A DNA stretch of 63,054 nucleotides, the filler included, from Octopus bimaculoides (taxonomy: Eukaryota): assembly GCF_001194135.2 (NCBI RefSeq). It is 7 parts of 7 records of this genome, joined end to end, with 100 filler letters (N's around TTAATTAATTAA, not from the genome) between each part and the next. Parts side by side here need not be neighbours in the genome. Positions count along the whole stretch, not along the records: positions 24,797 to 43,674 come from NC_068992.1; 6 more parts are not named here. One strand, written 5' to 3'. The translations under genes and the position numbers were made by a program. The notes beneath the pieces were generated by a model, which was not told the origin of the DNA, searched no databases, and saw only the letters and a program-made list of their open reading frames with translations. Positions 25,100 through 38,990 of this stretch are shown here, one piece after another (the first letter of the stretch is position 1; each line of letters begins with the position of its first letter).

Positions 25100-26200
25100 G
25101 TATAACGTTGCACCATTTTCTCTTCAAATATTTTCAGCTTTTTGTTTATATATTTTGTTGCATGTTATCATTGATATCTTCTACTTTTAAAGCAGTCATT
25201 TGATCTTCTGAAAGTTGCCTTTCAAGTGCTGTAAATAATTTGTCAGACCAGAAATGCCTATGCAGGTGAAACCTTTCAAAACTCCATTAATAGCACTCAT
25301 GGTCATCATGTGAAAATCCTTGTTTCATTGAAACCTTTTTTTTTTGTTTAAGTATGGAAAACTACACCATTAATAGTTCTCGTATTTTCAAACGATGCAG
25401 GAATATGATGCAGTAAGGCTCTGAGAATTACTCCTGTTCCTTTGGTGAAACAAAGTATGTACACCCCATTGCGTATTATTTTTTCTGAGATGCCACATTT
25501 TCTCAGAATTATTCCATGAATGAAGATCAGGGAGAAGTGCAAGTGACTTAGCTGGTGATTTCTGGTGAACTTGCATCCATTCAGTGAGGGTGGACTTGTC
25601 TTGATTGTGGATAACAAATGATGATGACGATGATATTCAACATGTTGCTGTTAGGATAAATGGGATGCTGTTGGACTTGAAGATATGAACCATGTCATTT
25701 GAAATCCCAAATCCTCCAGACTGTCTCTGATGAGGATACATAGCAGCCATTAATATAATTTTCAATTTCATCTTTGTACATTTCTGTTTGTTGTGCATTG
25801 GTTTGTCCACTATTATTGACTGTCACTTGATCACAACCTTTATGAATATATTTGCTAATATATTTTACAGCAGCACATATCTCTACATTACAATGACCTC
25901 CATATTTGACTAAAAAGAAGTGGGAATATGGTACTACTGAACAATTATCTAATTTGACATTTGACTAACTTTGTAAATGTAGAACTGTTAATTCAGCAGC
26001 AGTGAAGTGGATAGCTGTTAGAGCTGCATAATGTAATTTCCTGAAAGTCTTCCGGGAAATGTTTTTTTACATTTCCCATCCACCATACATGTTGCATTGG
26101 CTTTATCTCTTCTGTATTAACCTTGTAGCATGCTTTCAGTGACATATTGAAATAGAATTGGTTGTGTCTGTGGATTTGGAAGTTCTGCATCAACAAACCT
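25100..26200 (-). pseudogene. Decayed Helitron Rep/helicase fragment
   Basis: CMVDGKCKKHFPEDFQEITL..SYP, VVPYSHF, KYGGHCNVEICAAVKYISKYIHKGCDQ, DEIENYINGCYVSSSETVWRIWDF and LRALLHHIPASFENTRTINGVVFHT, collinear with the Helitron Rep C-terminal region. Confidence 0.85.
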
Positions 26201-26365
26201 TTGTAGCGACTGTGCGACCAGGTTACCTGGTACAGAGGGTCTCGCTGTTATTCGCGGTGAAGCAATTCACACAAACAGTGTTGAGAGAAAGTTATGCTAG
26301 CATTGCTGGTTTGGTGTGCTGGTTTGGTGTGTGGCTGGCTCTCTCTTTTTCCTTCCCTTTCTTTC

Positions 26366-26403
<38 letters not shown>

Positions 26404-27784
26404 GAGACCCATTGCCAGACTTTGTTTTCTGGGGCTGCTTCAGGATATTCTGGATGGGCACTAATTTCTAATGTGGGAAGATTTTTGTAAACCGTTTTTC
26501 TTCAATCTGAGGGTGCATCATTGAGTAGTGAGGGGGTAGGGCTGTCCAGTGCACACCCTTAGTAATGGGCATGCCTGTACTCCAGCTTTTGTGAGTTAAC
26601 ATTACACATCCAATATGCCAAACCACATTTATTTTCTGTCCACATTATGACAATATCTAACATTAGTAGATCTTTTACATTTTTATCTACCCCGTCTGTT
26701 TTTTATCTCACCTGTATTTACCTTTCATGCAAATGAACATCACATGTCTAATGTTCTAAATACACATAATGCCACTCTCCAAATTTTTGCTATATAAATC
26801 ATATAGAATATTAACATGCAGTTGATATATATTTTTGTTCTGCATGAAGTTTCTAAAAGACTGACTTCTTTGGTAAACAGACAATTGCCAAGAAAAAAAT
26901 ATATATATACACAAAATAGAAACCTAAATATGGTTTTCTTCATGTTGATTTGATATTTTCAAATATCTTCACTGCTGTCTTTTGGACTTTCTGACACTGA
27001 AAAGTAAAATAAGGCTTGGGAAAAGATTAAAAAATATATAAATAGGTAAAATATAAATATTGAATGAAGAATTCTAAAAAAAGGTGAAGCATTTTGATTG
27101 TATAATTGATGAGTTTTTCTATACTCATGTGAGTTATATTTCTGCCTGAGGTAACACATTTTTGATACTCATGTGTGTAGAGATTGCAAGATTAATAGGA
27201 ATTCTTGGAGAGATCTCTATCAACCTGAAAATTTGCACTTCTCTCCATATTGTTGCACCAAAAACTTGAGCAGTATTGAATCTAAAATGTAGGAACCATT
27301 GGGATTTTACAATTTTAGTCTTTTAATTTTGCTTTCTACTAAAATATATACAGCTAGCCTGAATTGCATTTCAGGAACCATTACTAAAATATCGGAATGT
27401 GTGAATGCATAGTTGGTGACTTGACCACAAACTGCAGAATCCAACCAACACATGCCAGTAGAGTAAGAATAAATAATAAAACACCGATGATAGGACTGAG
27501 GAGGAGGAGGAGGAGGAGGAGGANNNNNNNNNNTGATGATGATGATGATGATGATGATGATGGTGATGATGGTGATGATGATGATGATGATGATGATGAC
27601 GACGACGACGACGATGACGATGATGACTGTGGGTCATCCTTGTGGTGATGACAGTGATGATGGTGGTGCAGCTAATGGGAATGTTGATAACGATGATAGA
27701 GTTCAAGGGTTTATTTATCATCATCCAACAAGAAATTACCATATGAAGTATGAGACAGGTTATTGTTGTTGTTGTTGTTGTTAA

Positions 27785-28070
27785 TGAGGAGCTGCACAGC
27801 CTAGTGGCTTAGGTGTTGAACTCATGATGTGTTCAATTCTTGAAAGAGCCAGTGAGTTTTATCAAGGCTCTTCATTTCACACTGCTCCAGTTTCCTCAGC
27901 TGAAAATGAGTACCAGCTGAGCGCTGGTGTAACCCCCGCTTGGCTGGATCAAGGGTGGGTCTGCCACGATAGTGTTTATGCCTGCTCACAACTGAATGGA
28001 TACCTAAAGCAATTAGCATAACTTTGGTGTAAGGTATGAGGTAAAACTCATTTGTAAGTGTCAACTGAGC
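27785..28070 (+). mobile_element. Degenerate tRNA-derived SINE (CORE-like)
   Basis: gcacagcctagtggcttagg head, ctgctccagtttcctcagctgaaaatgagtacc core, (ATC)n tail. Confidence 0.5.
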
Positions 28071-29192
28071 CTTATCATCATCATCATCATCACCATCGTC
28101 ATTATCATTGTCTTCGTTGTCATTGCCATCATTATCATATTTCAGCCACATCGTGTGAAAACATTTCTTGAATAAATTGTGTCTTTGAGGCAATTTATTA
28201 AGACATAAAATTTTCTTTGAACTACTTGTACAAAGAACTTTAATTACCTAAAGAAGTCTTGTCCTCAATACTTGAAGGTCAACAAGAAAAAAATAGCTTT
28301 GAAACAAAAGCGGTGTATTTCAACTGAATTATGATGCCAAAATGGTTAAGAAGACACTTCAAGAGAGAGACATGACATGTCCCAGTTGGCCAAAAAGGAA
28401 ACAGAAGTCACTTGCCCAGGTGATGAATACATGATTACTCTATTTTTGAAAGTTATTTATTGTTCATGTTTTTTTGCAAAAACGGTTTAACTAATCCAGT
28501 GTCTCTATGATCAAAAAAGTACCAGTTGTGACAATCTTATTCTTTGTACAGCCATTTTGTCAGCCACTCTACAGTCTCTGACACTTCCACTGCTATTTGA
28601 AGCACTATAGTTTCTGCCACTCATTTGAAGAACAAAATATTGTGTAATACATTTTTCATACAAAGCATCATATGATAGCAAGAGAGCCAGAACCAGGTGT
28701 ATCAGTTCTTGCTTATTACCAGTATTTCCTTTTTGGACTGAAAATCAGAATCACGCTTGTGTGATTCAACACAAATCATGAAGAGATGTTAGTCTGTAGT
28801 GAACTCACTTAGATTGTTACTCGTCCATGTCTCTAACTCTCAGAAGTCATTAATATACATATGATAAAACTGATTTACATTCATCTGTAAATAAAAGCAG
28901 ACTAATTGTTCTCATTGGGAATTGATAATAGTTACAATGATTTACTGTTATTTTGGTTACTTTCATTAATGGCTTTCATATAATCTGCAATATTATTTAA
29001 AAATATTATTTCTATGATATTGAAGTTTTATCATAAATCAAACAACAATTAATGCTTGTTTACTTGACATCTCTGAATGTCTGCATTTCTACAGTTTGAA
29101 AATGTATTAGTTGACCACTGTATGGCTGATTCTATTTACTCTCTTTCCATTATATTTATTGTCTGCTCTCTGCATTTGCTGATGTACTTTTA

Positions 29193-29540
29193 CAGTCAAC
29201 ATCTACACTCTGTGTATATCTCTCCAGTTGACTTCTACATACTGTGTCTATATGTATTCAGTCAACTTCTACACAGCATATCTATCCTATCAACATCAAC
29301 ACATTGTATATCTTTCTAGTCAACATATACACACTGTGTCTCTCTGTGCAGTCAACATCTAAACAGTGTGTTTATCTATTTAGTCAACTTCAACACACAG
29401 TGTCTATCCATCCAGTTAAAATGCACACACTGTGTCTAATTATCTAGTGAGCATCGACAAACTTTGTCTATTTATCCAGTCAATATTTGTACACCGTGTC
29501 TATCTATCCAGCCAACATCTATACACACTGTCTATCTATC
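29193..29540. repeat. Degenerate 32-bp minisatellite, about 11 copies (consensus CAGTCAACATCTACACACTGTGTCTATCTATC)
   Basis: Units aligned by eye, e.g. cagtcaacatctacactctgtgtatatctctc, tagtcaacatatacacactgtgtctctctgtg, cagtcaatatttgtacaccgtgtctatctatc. Related longer units continue to about 29880. Confidence 0.85.
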
Positions 29541-31165
29541 TATCTGCCTGTCAAGCTAATATCTAGTGTGCCTGCCTGTCTGGTCAAAATCTACTCATAG
29601 TATCTATCAGTCTATCTGTCTGGCTGGCTGGTTGCCTGTCTGTCTATCAAGTTAATATTTCAGTGCACCTACCTGTTCAATCAAAATCTATGGATATCTA
29701 TATGTCTATCTGCCTGTCAGTCTGTCAGCCTGTCTGTCTGTCATATTATCAAGTTAATATCTACAGTGTGCTTATCTATCCAGTCAAAATCAGCACATAG
29801 TGTCTATATATCAAATCAATAGCTACAAACTGTTTCTATCAGTACATTCAAAATCTAAATGGTGTCTTTCAGCCAACATTTGCACGCCATCTATGTATCT
29901 ATCTACATACTATATCTATCAATGTAAATAGTATATCTGTCTATGTATACATTATATATATGTGTGTGTGTATGTGTGCGTGTATTTATATATATATATA
30001 CACATATATATGTGTGTGTATATATATTTATGTGTGTGGGGGGGGGTGGAAGTGAGAAGTAGGAGTTAAGAGAAGGACGTAACCAGATGTGAAAACAGTA
30101 AAATAAACAAAAACAAGGTGAAAACAAAGATAAATTTAGAAAAAGAAATGACAAAATGCCTTTCAACAAAAGGTAAGACAATGATCATTAGACACTACAT
30201 AATAAAGCAGTAAAACTGATCAAGTACAGTGTAAAAATATGCAATATAAGCAAAAACAACTTCCCTTCATCGGCTGTCAATCAAACATTCTATGTGGTTT
30301 TGAACACCTGCAGATGGAACTGCAAAATATTTTGCATGTTCAGTAACAATGGCTGCAGGTTACTATGGATAAACAAGAAATTTTAGTAGTCTTTTGAGTT
30401 GAATGGGACAAAAAAGACACGTGAATATCCTTATGACTTAGATAGAACCAATGCATGCAGAAGTTAAAGTTAAGAGAAAATCAGAAAATGCCCTTTGGTT
30501 GTTAGAACAGAAAATAACACCATGAAGGAAATGCATTCAACAAGTCTGAGAAAGGCTAGAATATAGAAGACAAGACAATGTAACAACAAACAATGTAGAA
30601 AAAGGGAAGAATGAGAGAGAGAGAGAGAGAGAGAGAGTGAGTGAAAAGAATTTCTGTTTATTTTTTATTCTTTTGTTATCTAATGACATCATTATAAGTT
30701 TAAATACTAAAGTGGCTTTTCTTAGAATGATATTTCTTCTTAACATTCTTTTCATATACGTTTATATAGCGGAGATATTTTCTCAGTTCACTTTGAATTT
30801 AGCCCAATTTGTATTGCATTTGATAACGCACTAACATATATTTTCAAAAATATCAATTTCACTGGTATTTTGTACTTTTTTTCTATATCTAATTATGCCA
30901 GCACAAAAGAAACGATTGTCTATAATGTATGGTGTAATCATCAATGAAAGATGTGATTTTCTTCATTCTTACTCTTGTTGTCATAAACCCTGAATTTTTT
31001 GAACTTCTTCCAAGCAAAATTTAGATTCACTTGTCATACATCAGGATTTATTTTGGATGTTAATACTATTTGAATTTATTGGTATCTAATCGTTTGTTAC
31101 AGTTAACCAAGTTCACTTATTACCAAGTCCTTTGTAGATATCTGACTAGATTTATTAATCCTTTT

Positions 31166-31210
<45 letters not shown>

Positions 31211-31581
31211 NNNNNNNNNNNNNNNNNNNNNNNNNNNNNNNNNNNNNNNNNNNNNNNNNNNNNNNNNNNNNNNNNNNNNNNNNNNNNNNNNNNNNNNNNN
31301 NNNNNNNNNNNNNNNNNNNNNNNNNNNNNNNNNNNNNNNNNNNNNNNNNNNNNNNNNNNNNNNNNNNNNNNNNNNNNNNNNNNNNNNNNNNNNNNNNNNN
31401 NNNNNNNNNNNNNNNNNNNNNNNNNNNNNNNNNNNNNNNNNNNNNNNNNNNNNNNNNNNNNNNNNNNNNNNNNNNNNNNNNNNNNNNNNNNNNNNNNNNN
31501 NNNNNNNNNNNNNNNNNNNNNNNNNNNNNNNNNNNNNNNNNNNNNNNNNNNNNNNNNNNNTATATATATATATATATATAT

Positions 31582-31641
<60 letters not shown>

Positions 31642-32232
31642 GTGTTGGCGGCATCAGAAGATAGTGAGTGGAATTACATTTTGTTGTGACCATTTAGGGT
31701 TACTGGGTATGGAAGTAGAAATTATGACTGCAAAGGCAGAAAAGGTTAAGGAATTGTGATTTGGGTATAGCAGTGAGGTGGAATGAGTGGAAACTGAGAC
31801 AGGAGAGGGGAATCAGTGAGTTTGAACAACAGTGATTGGTGGCATCAATAGAGAAAGACTTGAGGCTCAGACAGTTGGCTGTGGGTGTGTATTGGGTAGG
31901 TTTTGCATGTGCATAAGTATTTGTGTGTGTGTGTGTATGCATGTATGAATGTTAATATGCTTCTGTTTGTGTGTGTGCTTGAGAGAGTGAATATGTGTGT
32001 TTGTGTGATTACTGATGCATAGAAGCTAGTGTATGTATATGTGTATTTATGTGTGTATGTATGTTATGAGCAAGATATGATGTTCTATGTATGGATGCTA
32101 CTATGTCTGAATTTGTGAAAATAGATGTGAATGTGTTAATGAATTTATGTGTATGTGTGCAATACTAATTTTCAGTAATCTATTAGTATGTATGCATTTA
32201 TGTGTTTGTACGTGAGTGTGTGTGTATATATG

Positions 32233-32274
<42 letters not shown>

Positions 32275-34934
32275 NNNNNNNNNNNNNNNNNNNNNNNNNN
32301 NNNNNNNNNNNNNNNNNNNNNNNNNNNNNNNNNNNNNNNNNNNNNNNNNNNNNNNNNNNNNNNNNNNNNNNNNNNNNNNNNNNNNNNNNNNNNNNNNNNN
32401 NNNNNNNNNNNNNNNNNNNNNNNNNNNNNNNNNNNNNNNNNNNNNNNNNNNNNNNNNNNNNNNNNNNNNNNNNNNNNNNNNNNNNNNNNNNNNNNNNNNN
32501 NNNNNNNNNNNNNNNNNNNNNNNNNNNNNNNNNNNNNNNNNNNNNNNNNNNNNNNNNNNNNNNNNNNNNNNNNNNNNNNNNNNNNNNNNNNNNNNNNNNN
32601 NNNNNNNNNNNNNNNNNNNNNNNNNNNNNNNNNNNNNNNNNNNNNNNNNNNNNNNNNNNNNNNNNNNNNNNNNNNNNNNNNNNNNNNNNNNNNNNNNNNN
32701 NNNNNNNNNNNNNNNNNNNNNNNNNNNNNNNNNNNNNNNNNNNNNNNNNNNNNNNNNNNNNNNNNNNNNNNNNNNNNNNNNNNNNNNNNNNNNNNNNNNN
32801 NNNNNNNNNNNNNNNNNNNNNNNNNNNNNNNNNNNNNNNNNNNNNNNNNNNNNNNNNNNNNNNNNNNNNNNNNNNNNNNNNNNNNNNNNNNNNNNNNNNN
32901 NNNNNNNNNNNNNNNNNNNNNNNNNNNNNNNNNNNNNNNNNNNNNNNNNNNNNNNNNNNNNNNNNNNNNNNNNNNNNNNNNNNNNNNNNNNNNNNNNNNN
33001 NNNNNNNNNNNNNNNNNNNNNNNNNNNNNNNNNNNNNNNNNNNNNNNNNNNNNNNNNNNNNNNNNNNNNNNNNNNNNNNNNNNNNNNNNNNNNNNNNNNN
33101 NNNNNNNNNNNNNNNNNNNNNNNNNNNNNNNNNNNNNNNNNNNNNNNNNNNNNNNNNNNNNNNNNNNNNNNNNNNNNNNNNNNNNNNNNNNNNNNNNNNN
33201 NNNNNNNNNNNNNNNNNNGAGATATAGTAGTAACGGAAGGAAGAATGAGAGGGGTAAAGAGAGATACTTAGTAGTAACAGAGGAAGAACGAGAGGGGGAA
33301 AAAGTGATAGAGAAAAAGATAGAGTAGCGTCAGAAAATATAAAGTTGAAATTACTTACAACAGTGGTGACACTGGCGTTCGGTCATGTAAAAACAAATAA
33401 TAAATGAGTATATGCATATATACGTACAGGTGTGTGCATACCTACGTCTACCTGTATATATAGATGCATATCTGGGTACAGGACATTGCAAACAAAATGT
33501 AGACAATAAATAATAATAACCAGAGTACAGAAAACACACAAGCCACATAGAAAACATTTTCCTTCATCAGCTACCCGAATACACATTTGTATATATAAAT
33601 GTGTGTGTGTGTGTGTATGTGCTATGCATGGTTTTGTGTCTGTGCGTATAAATGTGAATATGTTATTGACCTTGTGTAGTTCCATGTATGAGACTATTTA
33701 TGCTTCTGAGTGTATGTATGTGTATGTATGTGAGTATATGTATGTTTGTATATGTGCATGTATATAACATATAACCCTTTCCCTGTTTTATCTTTGATGT
33801 GGCAAATAACTAAAATGCTACAACCACAACTACAACAATTACTAACGTTTCCACTACTACCACCACTACTGTCTTTCACAATCATTGTAATGGCTACTGC
33901 TGCTCCAACTATTGCCACCCCCGCCACCGCCACCACCACCACCACCACCATCAACAACATCTCCAATGACAACCGTCCAAACCACATCTCCACAACCCCA
34001 TTCGCCAGCACCATCTGTGCAGAAGAGTACCAATTCCATTAGGATCCAAATCTTTGTGTAACATTTCAAATTTGAAGCCAAGCAACAGAGTAAAGCTATT
34101 AATTAGTAGAATAGAGTTATTAATTAGCAGGGTAGAGCATGTTGGTTATGTCGTGGCTGGTGGAAACTTTCTTAATGGTTGCGTTAAGGGTGGGGGGGTA
34201 TGGGTAAGTGGCGGTGAGGTTTGTTTAGTTGGCACAGCGAGAAAATTTATGGAAATTACAGAATTGAAAAACAGCGAGAAACAATAGACAACAACAACAA
34301 CAACAACAGCAATAGCAAACACTCTAACAATAATAACAATAATAACGGCAGCAGCAGCAGCAACAGTTACAATTAAAAAGAAAGTCATTCTAAAGGGAAA
34401 AATAAACTGAAATAAAAACCTAAACAATGAAATTAGAAAGCCAAATGGTGGTGATGATGATGGTGGTGATGATGATGGTGGTGATGGTGGTGGGGGCTGA
34501 AGTGGTGACAGCTGTTGCAGTTGTGGTGGTGATGGTGTTGTTCGTCTTGTTGGTGTTGTTGGTGGTGGTGCCAGTAGTGATGTTGGTGGTTAGTGGTTAT
34601 TATTTGTTGATTGTCGGATGGAATCAAATTAGTTAGACTATATAAGATTTCCTGTTTTTTGTTTAAAATTCTTGCTCTTTGTATATCTAATTCTTGTCTT
34701 TATTTAGTTTCTGTCATTGTTATAAAAATTATTGTCTTTTTTTTTTGTTTTTGAAGTTATAATCCTAACGAATGTTTTCATTGATTAATTAGAAACGATA
34801 TTTTTGAAATGTTAAAATACTGACCTGGACACCCTCCTTGTATTTATTAGGGGTTTTGTATGTGTGTGTGTGTGCATGCACATGCATATGTGTGTATGTG
34901 GCTCTATGTGTGTATTTGTGGGAGTGTGCCTCTG

Positions 34935-36060
34935 TTAGTATGTGCCTGTGTATATCAAGAAACCCCATAGTTCCAGGATCACTTCAACCTCCTATGTCAC
35001 AAGCCCTTGCTCAACTGTTATTCTCAAGTCTCCTGACATTGTATAGTTCCATTCACCCTAACCATTTTGCCACAGTCACTAATCTTTTGACAAGTTCACT
35101 GGCAAAGAGCACTTCCCTGTGCACACCCATTTTCCCATCCAATTTGAAGTTGAAAAGGGGATAAGAGCTTGACCAAAGAGGATATGTCTAAACTCATTCC
35201 TTTCGGCCTCATCCATCTCACCATCACTTTTGTTAGTCATTAGACAGACGAACTCTAGCTATTCTGTTTTTCTAACGGTAAGTGACAGAGTAGCCTCCAC
35301 AATGGACTCTGCTTGATAACAACTGTTCAACATAATTCTGCAATCAGTAATACTCTGACATAGCATTAATGTTTGCAGTTCAGTGTTGTAATTTTTCACA
35401 CATCTTGGACAATCTCAACTGATAGCATTTCTATGCTTGTAGCATTCATCCTGAACTGGTAGTGCCTACAGAATCAATACCAAGCCAACTAATCAACTCC
35501 CCTGTGGCAATATTTTATTAACCATAGGTTTATCTGATAAGGGAGGAGATTACAAGCATGTTATAACTTGTGGGTTTTGTATAAATTTGAGTAAAGAGAT
35601 AAAAAGGTGGTTGAAGGAAGAGATGAGTTAAAAAGCACACATAAGATATGTATATACATGAATTGTAGAGTCCTCCTGACACAGGAGATCCCCCAACTGG
35701 GGCCAGTCAAGGAACCCTACAGATTTAAAATCACCCTGCTACGGAGAGTGCAAGTCCTCACCAAAAAGTTGTTCTCCAAATTGCAGGCACAAGCTTAGAC
35801 TAATTTCATTCACTCTAACCATTGTTGTTGCAGTCACTCTCCTTTTGAGAAATTCACTGGAAGACAGCACTTCCCTTTCCACCCTCACTTTCCTTTCTAA
35901 GCGGAACTTAAAGAGGTCAATGAGGTCTTGACCAAGGAGAAAAGTGTCTGTCTTCAATCGTTTCAGCCTTGTTCATCTTGCAACCTCTTTCGCCACGGCC
36001 AGAATAAAACTGCCTGCCCCCAATTTTAATAATGGAGTTAAGTGGGTGTGATTTTCACGA
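34935..36060 (-). mobile_element. Two 3' fragments of Tx1-like LINE (34935-35560 and 35650-36060)
   Basis: LKTDTFLLGQDLIDLFKFRLERKVRVEREVLSSSEFLKRRVTATTMVRVN resembles Tx1/L1 ORF2 C-termini. The 3' UTR is homologous to 11575-11770. Confidence 0.55.
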
Positions 36061-36349
36061 TGGACCTGGTTGATAGTTGGATCTACCTTTAGACAAGTAT
36101 AAGATCAAAAGTACTTCAGGAGAGGTAACTAGTCCAGTCTAGGTGTGTAAGGTGAATAAGTGCAGTGTGAATTATGCAGTGGGTGGTGGTGGTGGTGGAG
36201 GGAACTTAAGTTTGATGTACACAGAGGTGTAGAAACAGTGGATTTAGAAATACTGAACATTCAGTCTTGCAGATGAGATGGTTGAATATTGAGGTCATTA
36301 GATAAACTCATCAAATCCATATCAACGAAAAAGAGGAGTCAGATATCTT

Positions 36350-36378
36350 ACATTATAATAATGGTAATGTTGATGATA

Positions 36379-36434
<56 letters not shown>

Positions 36435-36702
36435 TATGGTGGTGTTAGTGGTGGTGTTAGTGGTGATGGTGGTGATGGTGGTGGTGATGGTGGTGTTGAT
36501 TGTGGTGTTGATGATGATGAAGAGAAAGACAGTGGTGATATTGGTGATGATGATGATGATGCCAGCAGCAATGATGAAGGCAATGATAATGATGATCGTG
36601 GTGGTGGTGGTGGTGGTGATGATGATGATGAGGAGGAGGACGGGGAGGAGGAGGGGATGATGATGATTGCAACAGAAGTAACTGTGATGATAGTAGTATT
36701 TG

Positions 36703-36733
<31 letters not shown>

Positions 36734-36946
36734 AATGATGTTGATTTCCCACTGTAAAACTGACTTTACCATTATCCTGCTAATCACCACATTTATGATC
36801 TTCAATTATTTCTGCCAGAAACAGATTTAAGAATATTTGAGAAGATAAATTTTGGGAGTGAAAATTATAGTTATTTTTTAGCCATTCATCTATGCAAACT
36901 ATTTAACGACACCTTATTTCGTTTTGGAGATGGAATTCTGCAATGA

Positions 36947-36993
<47 letters not shown>

Positions 36994-37003
36994 NNNNNNN
37001 NNN

Positions 37004-37037
<34 letters not shown>

Positions 37038-37575
37038 GAAAGAAAGAGACAGAGACAGAGAGAGAGAGAAAGAGAGAGAGAGAAAGAGAGAGAGGAGGAG
37101 TGAGAGAAAGACAAAGACAGAGAAATAGAGAGGAAGAAAGAAGGAGAGAGAATGAGAGAGAAATGGAGAGCCAGACAGACAAAGACAGAGAGATAGAGAG
37201 AAAGTGGAAGAGAGAGAGAGAGAGAGAGAAGAAGAAGAGTGAGAGAGAGAGAAAGGGAGGGAGAAAGTGAGAGCCAGGCAGCCATCCAGGCAGCCAGCTA
37301 GCCAACCAAGCAAAGAGAGAGAGAAAGAGAGAGAGGGGGAGTCAGCCAGATAAACAGACAAAGACAGAGAGAGAAAAAGAGAGAGAAAGACGGACAAACA
37401 GACACAGACAGAGAGAAAGAGGGAGAGAGAGTGAGAGAGAGAATGAGTGAGGGAGAGAGAATGTGAGTGAGAAAGGGAGAGAGAAAGAGAGAGCCAGCCA
37501 ACTAGACAAAGAGAGAGAGTGAGAGAAGGGGGTAAGAGTGTGAGAGAGGTAGAGAGAGAAAGAGTGAGAGAGATC
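36350..37575. repeat. (GAT/GGT)n followed by (GA)n low-complexity block
   Basis: Read directly; the source of the poly-M/V/H and SLSL ORFs. Confidence 0.95.
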
Positions 37576-38489
37576 ATTTGCTACAGGTTTTCCTTGATTT
37601 CTATAATCATGATCTTTTGTCTTTAAGAAGATGGAAACTATAATGAATGCAATTCCTATCTTTGGTTTATATTGACTCAAATACTTAATACTTTTGAAGT
37701 AGAAGTCTATAAAACTTGAAGATTTTCTCATTCTTGAGGAACCTTCAATCAAATATTTTCTGACAAATATTATTCAATTAGCTCTGTTCCTTTCCCACCA
37801 CCAACACCACCACCACCACCACCACCATCACCAACACCAACACCACCATCACCAACACCAACACCTTCAACACCAACACCACCCCTACTATGTTGTTCTC
37901 TTTCTCCTCTGTGTAATTGAACCGAATTCTCTGAGACAAAATATACGGATTTCTATTTACTCAACAGCAACAAACACTGCCACCCGCACCCTCCGCCGTC
38001 ACCCCCCCCCACCAGTGCCAACGCCATCATCATCAATGCCATCATCATCATAAAGTCATCACCGACACAGCTACTGCCACCGGCAACACCACCACTGTTG
38101 TCACTGCTGCAAGATCACCATCATCATCATCATCGTCGTCGTCGTCGTCATCATCATCATAATCATCATCATCGTCGTCAAAAACAACAACAACAACAAC
38201 AGCAATATTAAAATGATGCATAAGATAAGAGATCAAAAGATTGTCATTGTAGATCTAAGACGTCTGACATGCTGCAATCTGTGTATGTACGTACGTATGT
38301 ATGCATGTATGTATATATGTATGTACATAGGTATGAATGTATGTATGTATGTATATATGTATGTATGTGTGTATTTGTGTATGTATTTGTGTGTGTGTGT
38401 GTAGTTGCGTATGTGTGTGTGTGTGTGTTATCATTTAATAAAGATCTTCAGCTCTAGATTCCAGTTATATTTCATAGTCAACTTTACAT

Positions 38490-38620
38490 TTATTTGATTA
38501 AAATAAAGATTATGTCTTGTTTACCTCCACAGTATCTCTTTGATACTGTATCATTTGATAACTTGATATTGCTAAATGGATAATATCTGTGCCACACTGT
38601 TCTCAATGCTTTCTTTATTT
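38490..38620 (-). mobile_element. Short hAT (Charlie/Buster-like) transposase fragment
   Basis: IKLSNDTVSKR resembles the conserved PLSNDTVSRRI motif; too short to be sure. Confidence 0.35.
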
Positions 38621-38949
38621 TATATAGACTGCCAGGGAAGTGGACAATACATAAAAGTGTGTGTGTGTGTGCATGTTTGCGTGTGTGCGTGTGTGTGTGT
38701 GTGTATATGTCTCTGTGTGTATATTTATAATGTGACATGTATGCACTGATATATGGACTGTACATAGATTTATGTATGTCTGTATCTCTGTATCTATATT
38801 TCTGTATCTATATCTCTTCATTCAGTTAACTAAGCCTGAATGAGTTAGGTCTGTGTTAAGTTGTATGGAGCCATATCAAACTTTTTAAATAATAATATAT
38901 CTATATATCTGTCTATCTGTCTGTGTGTCTTTCTGTCTACTTATTTATC

Positions 38950-38990
<41 letters not shown>

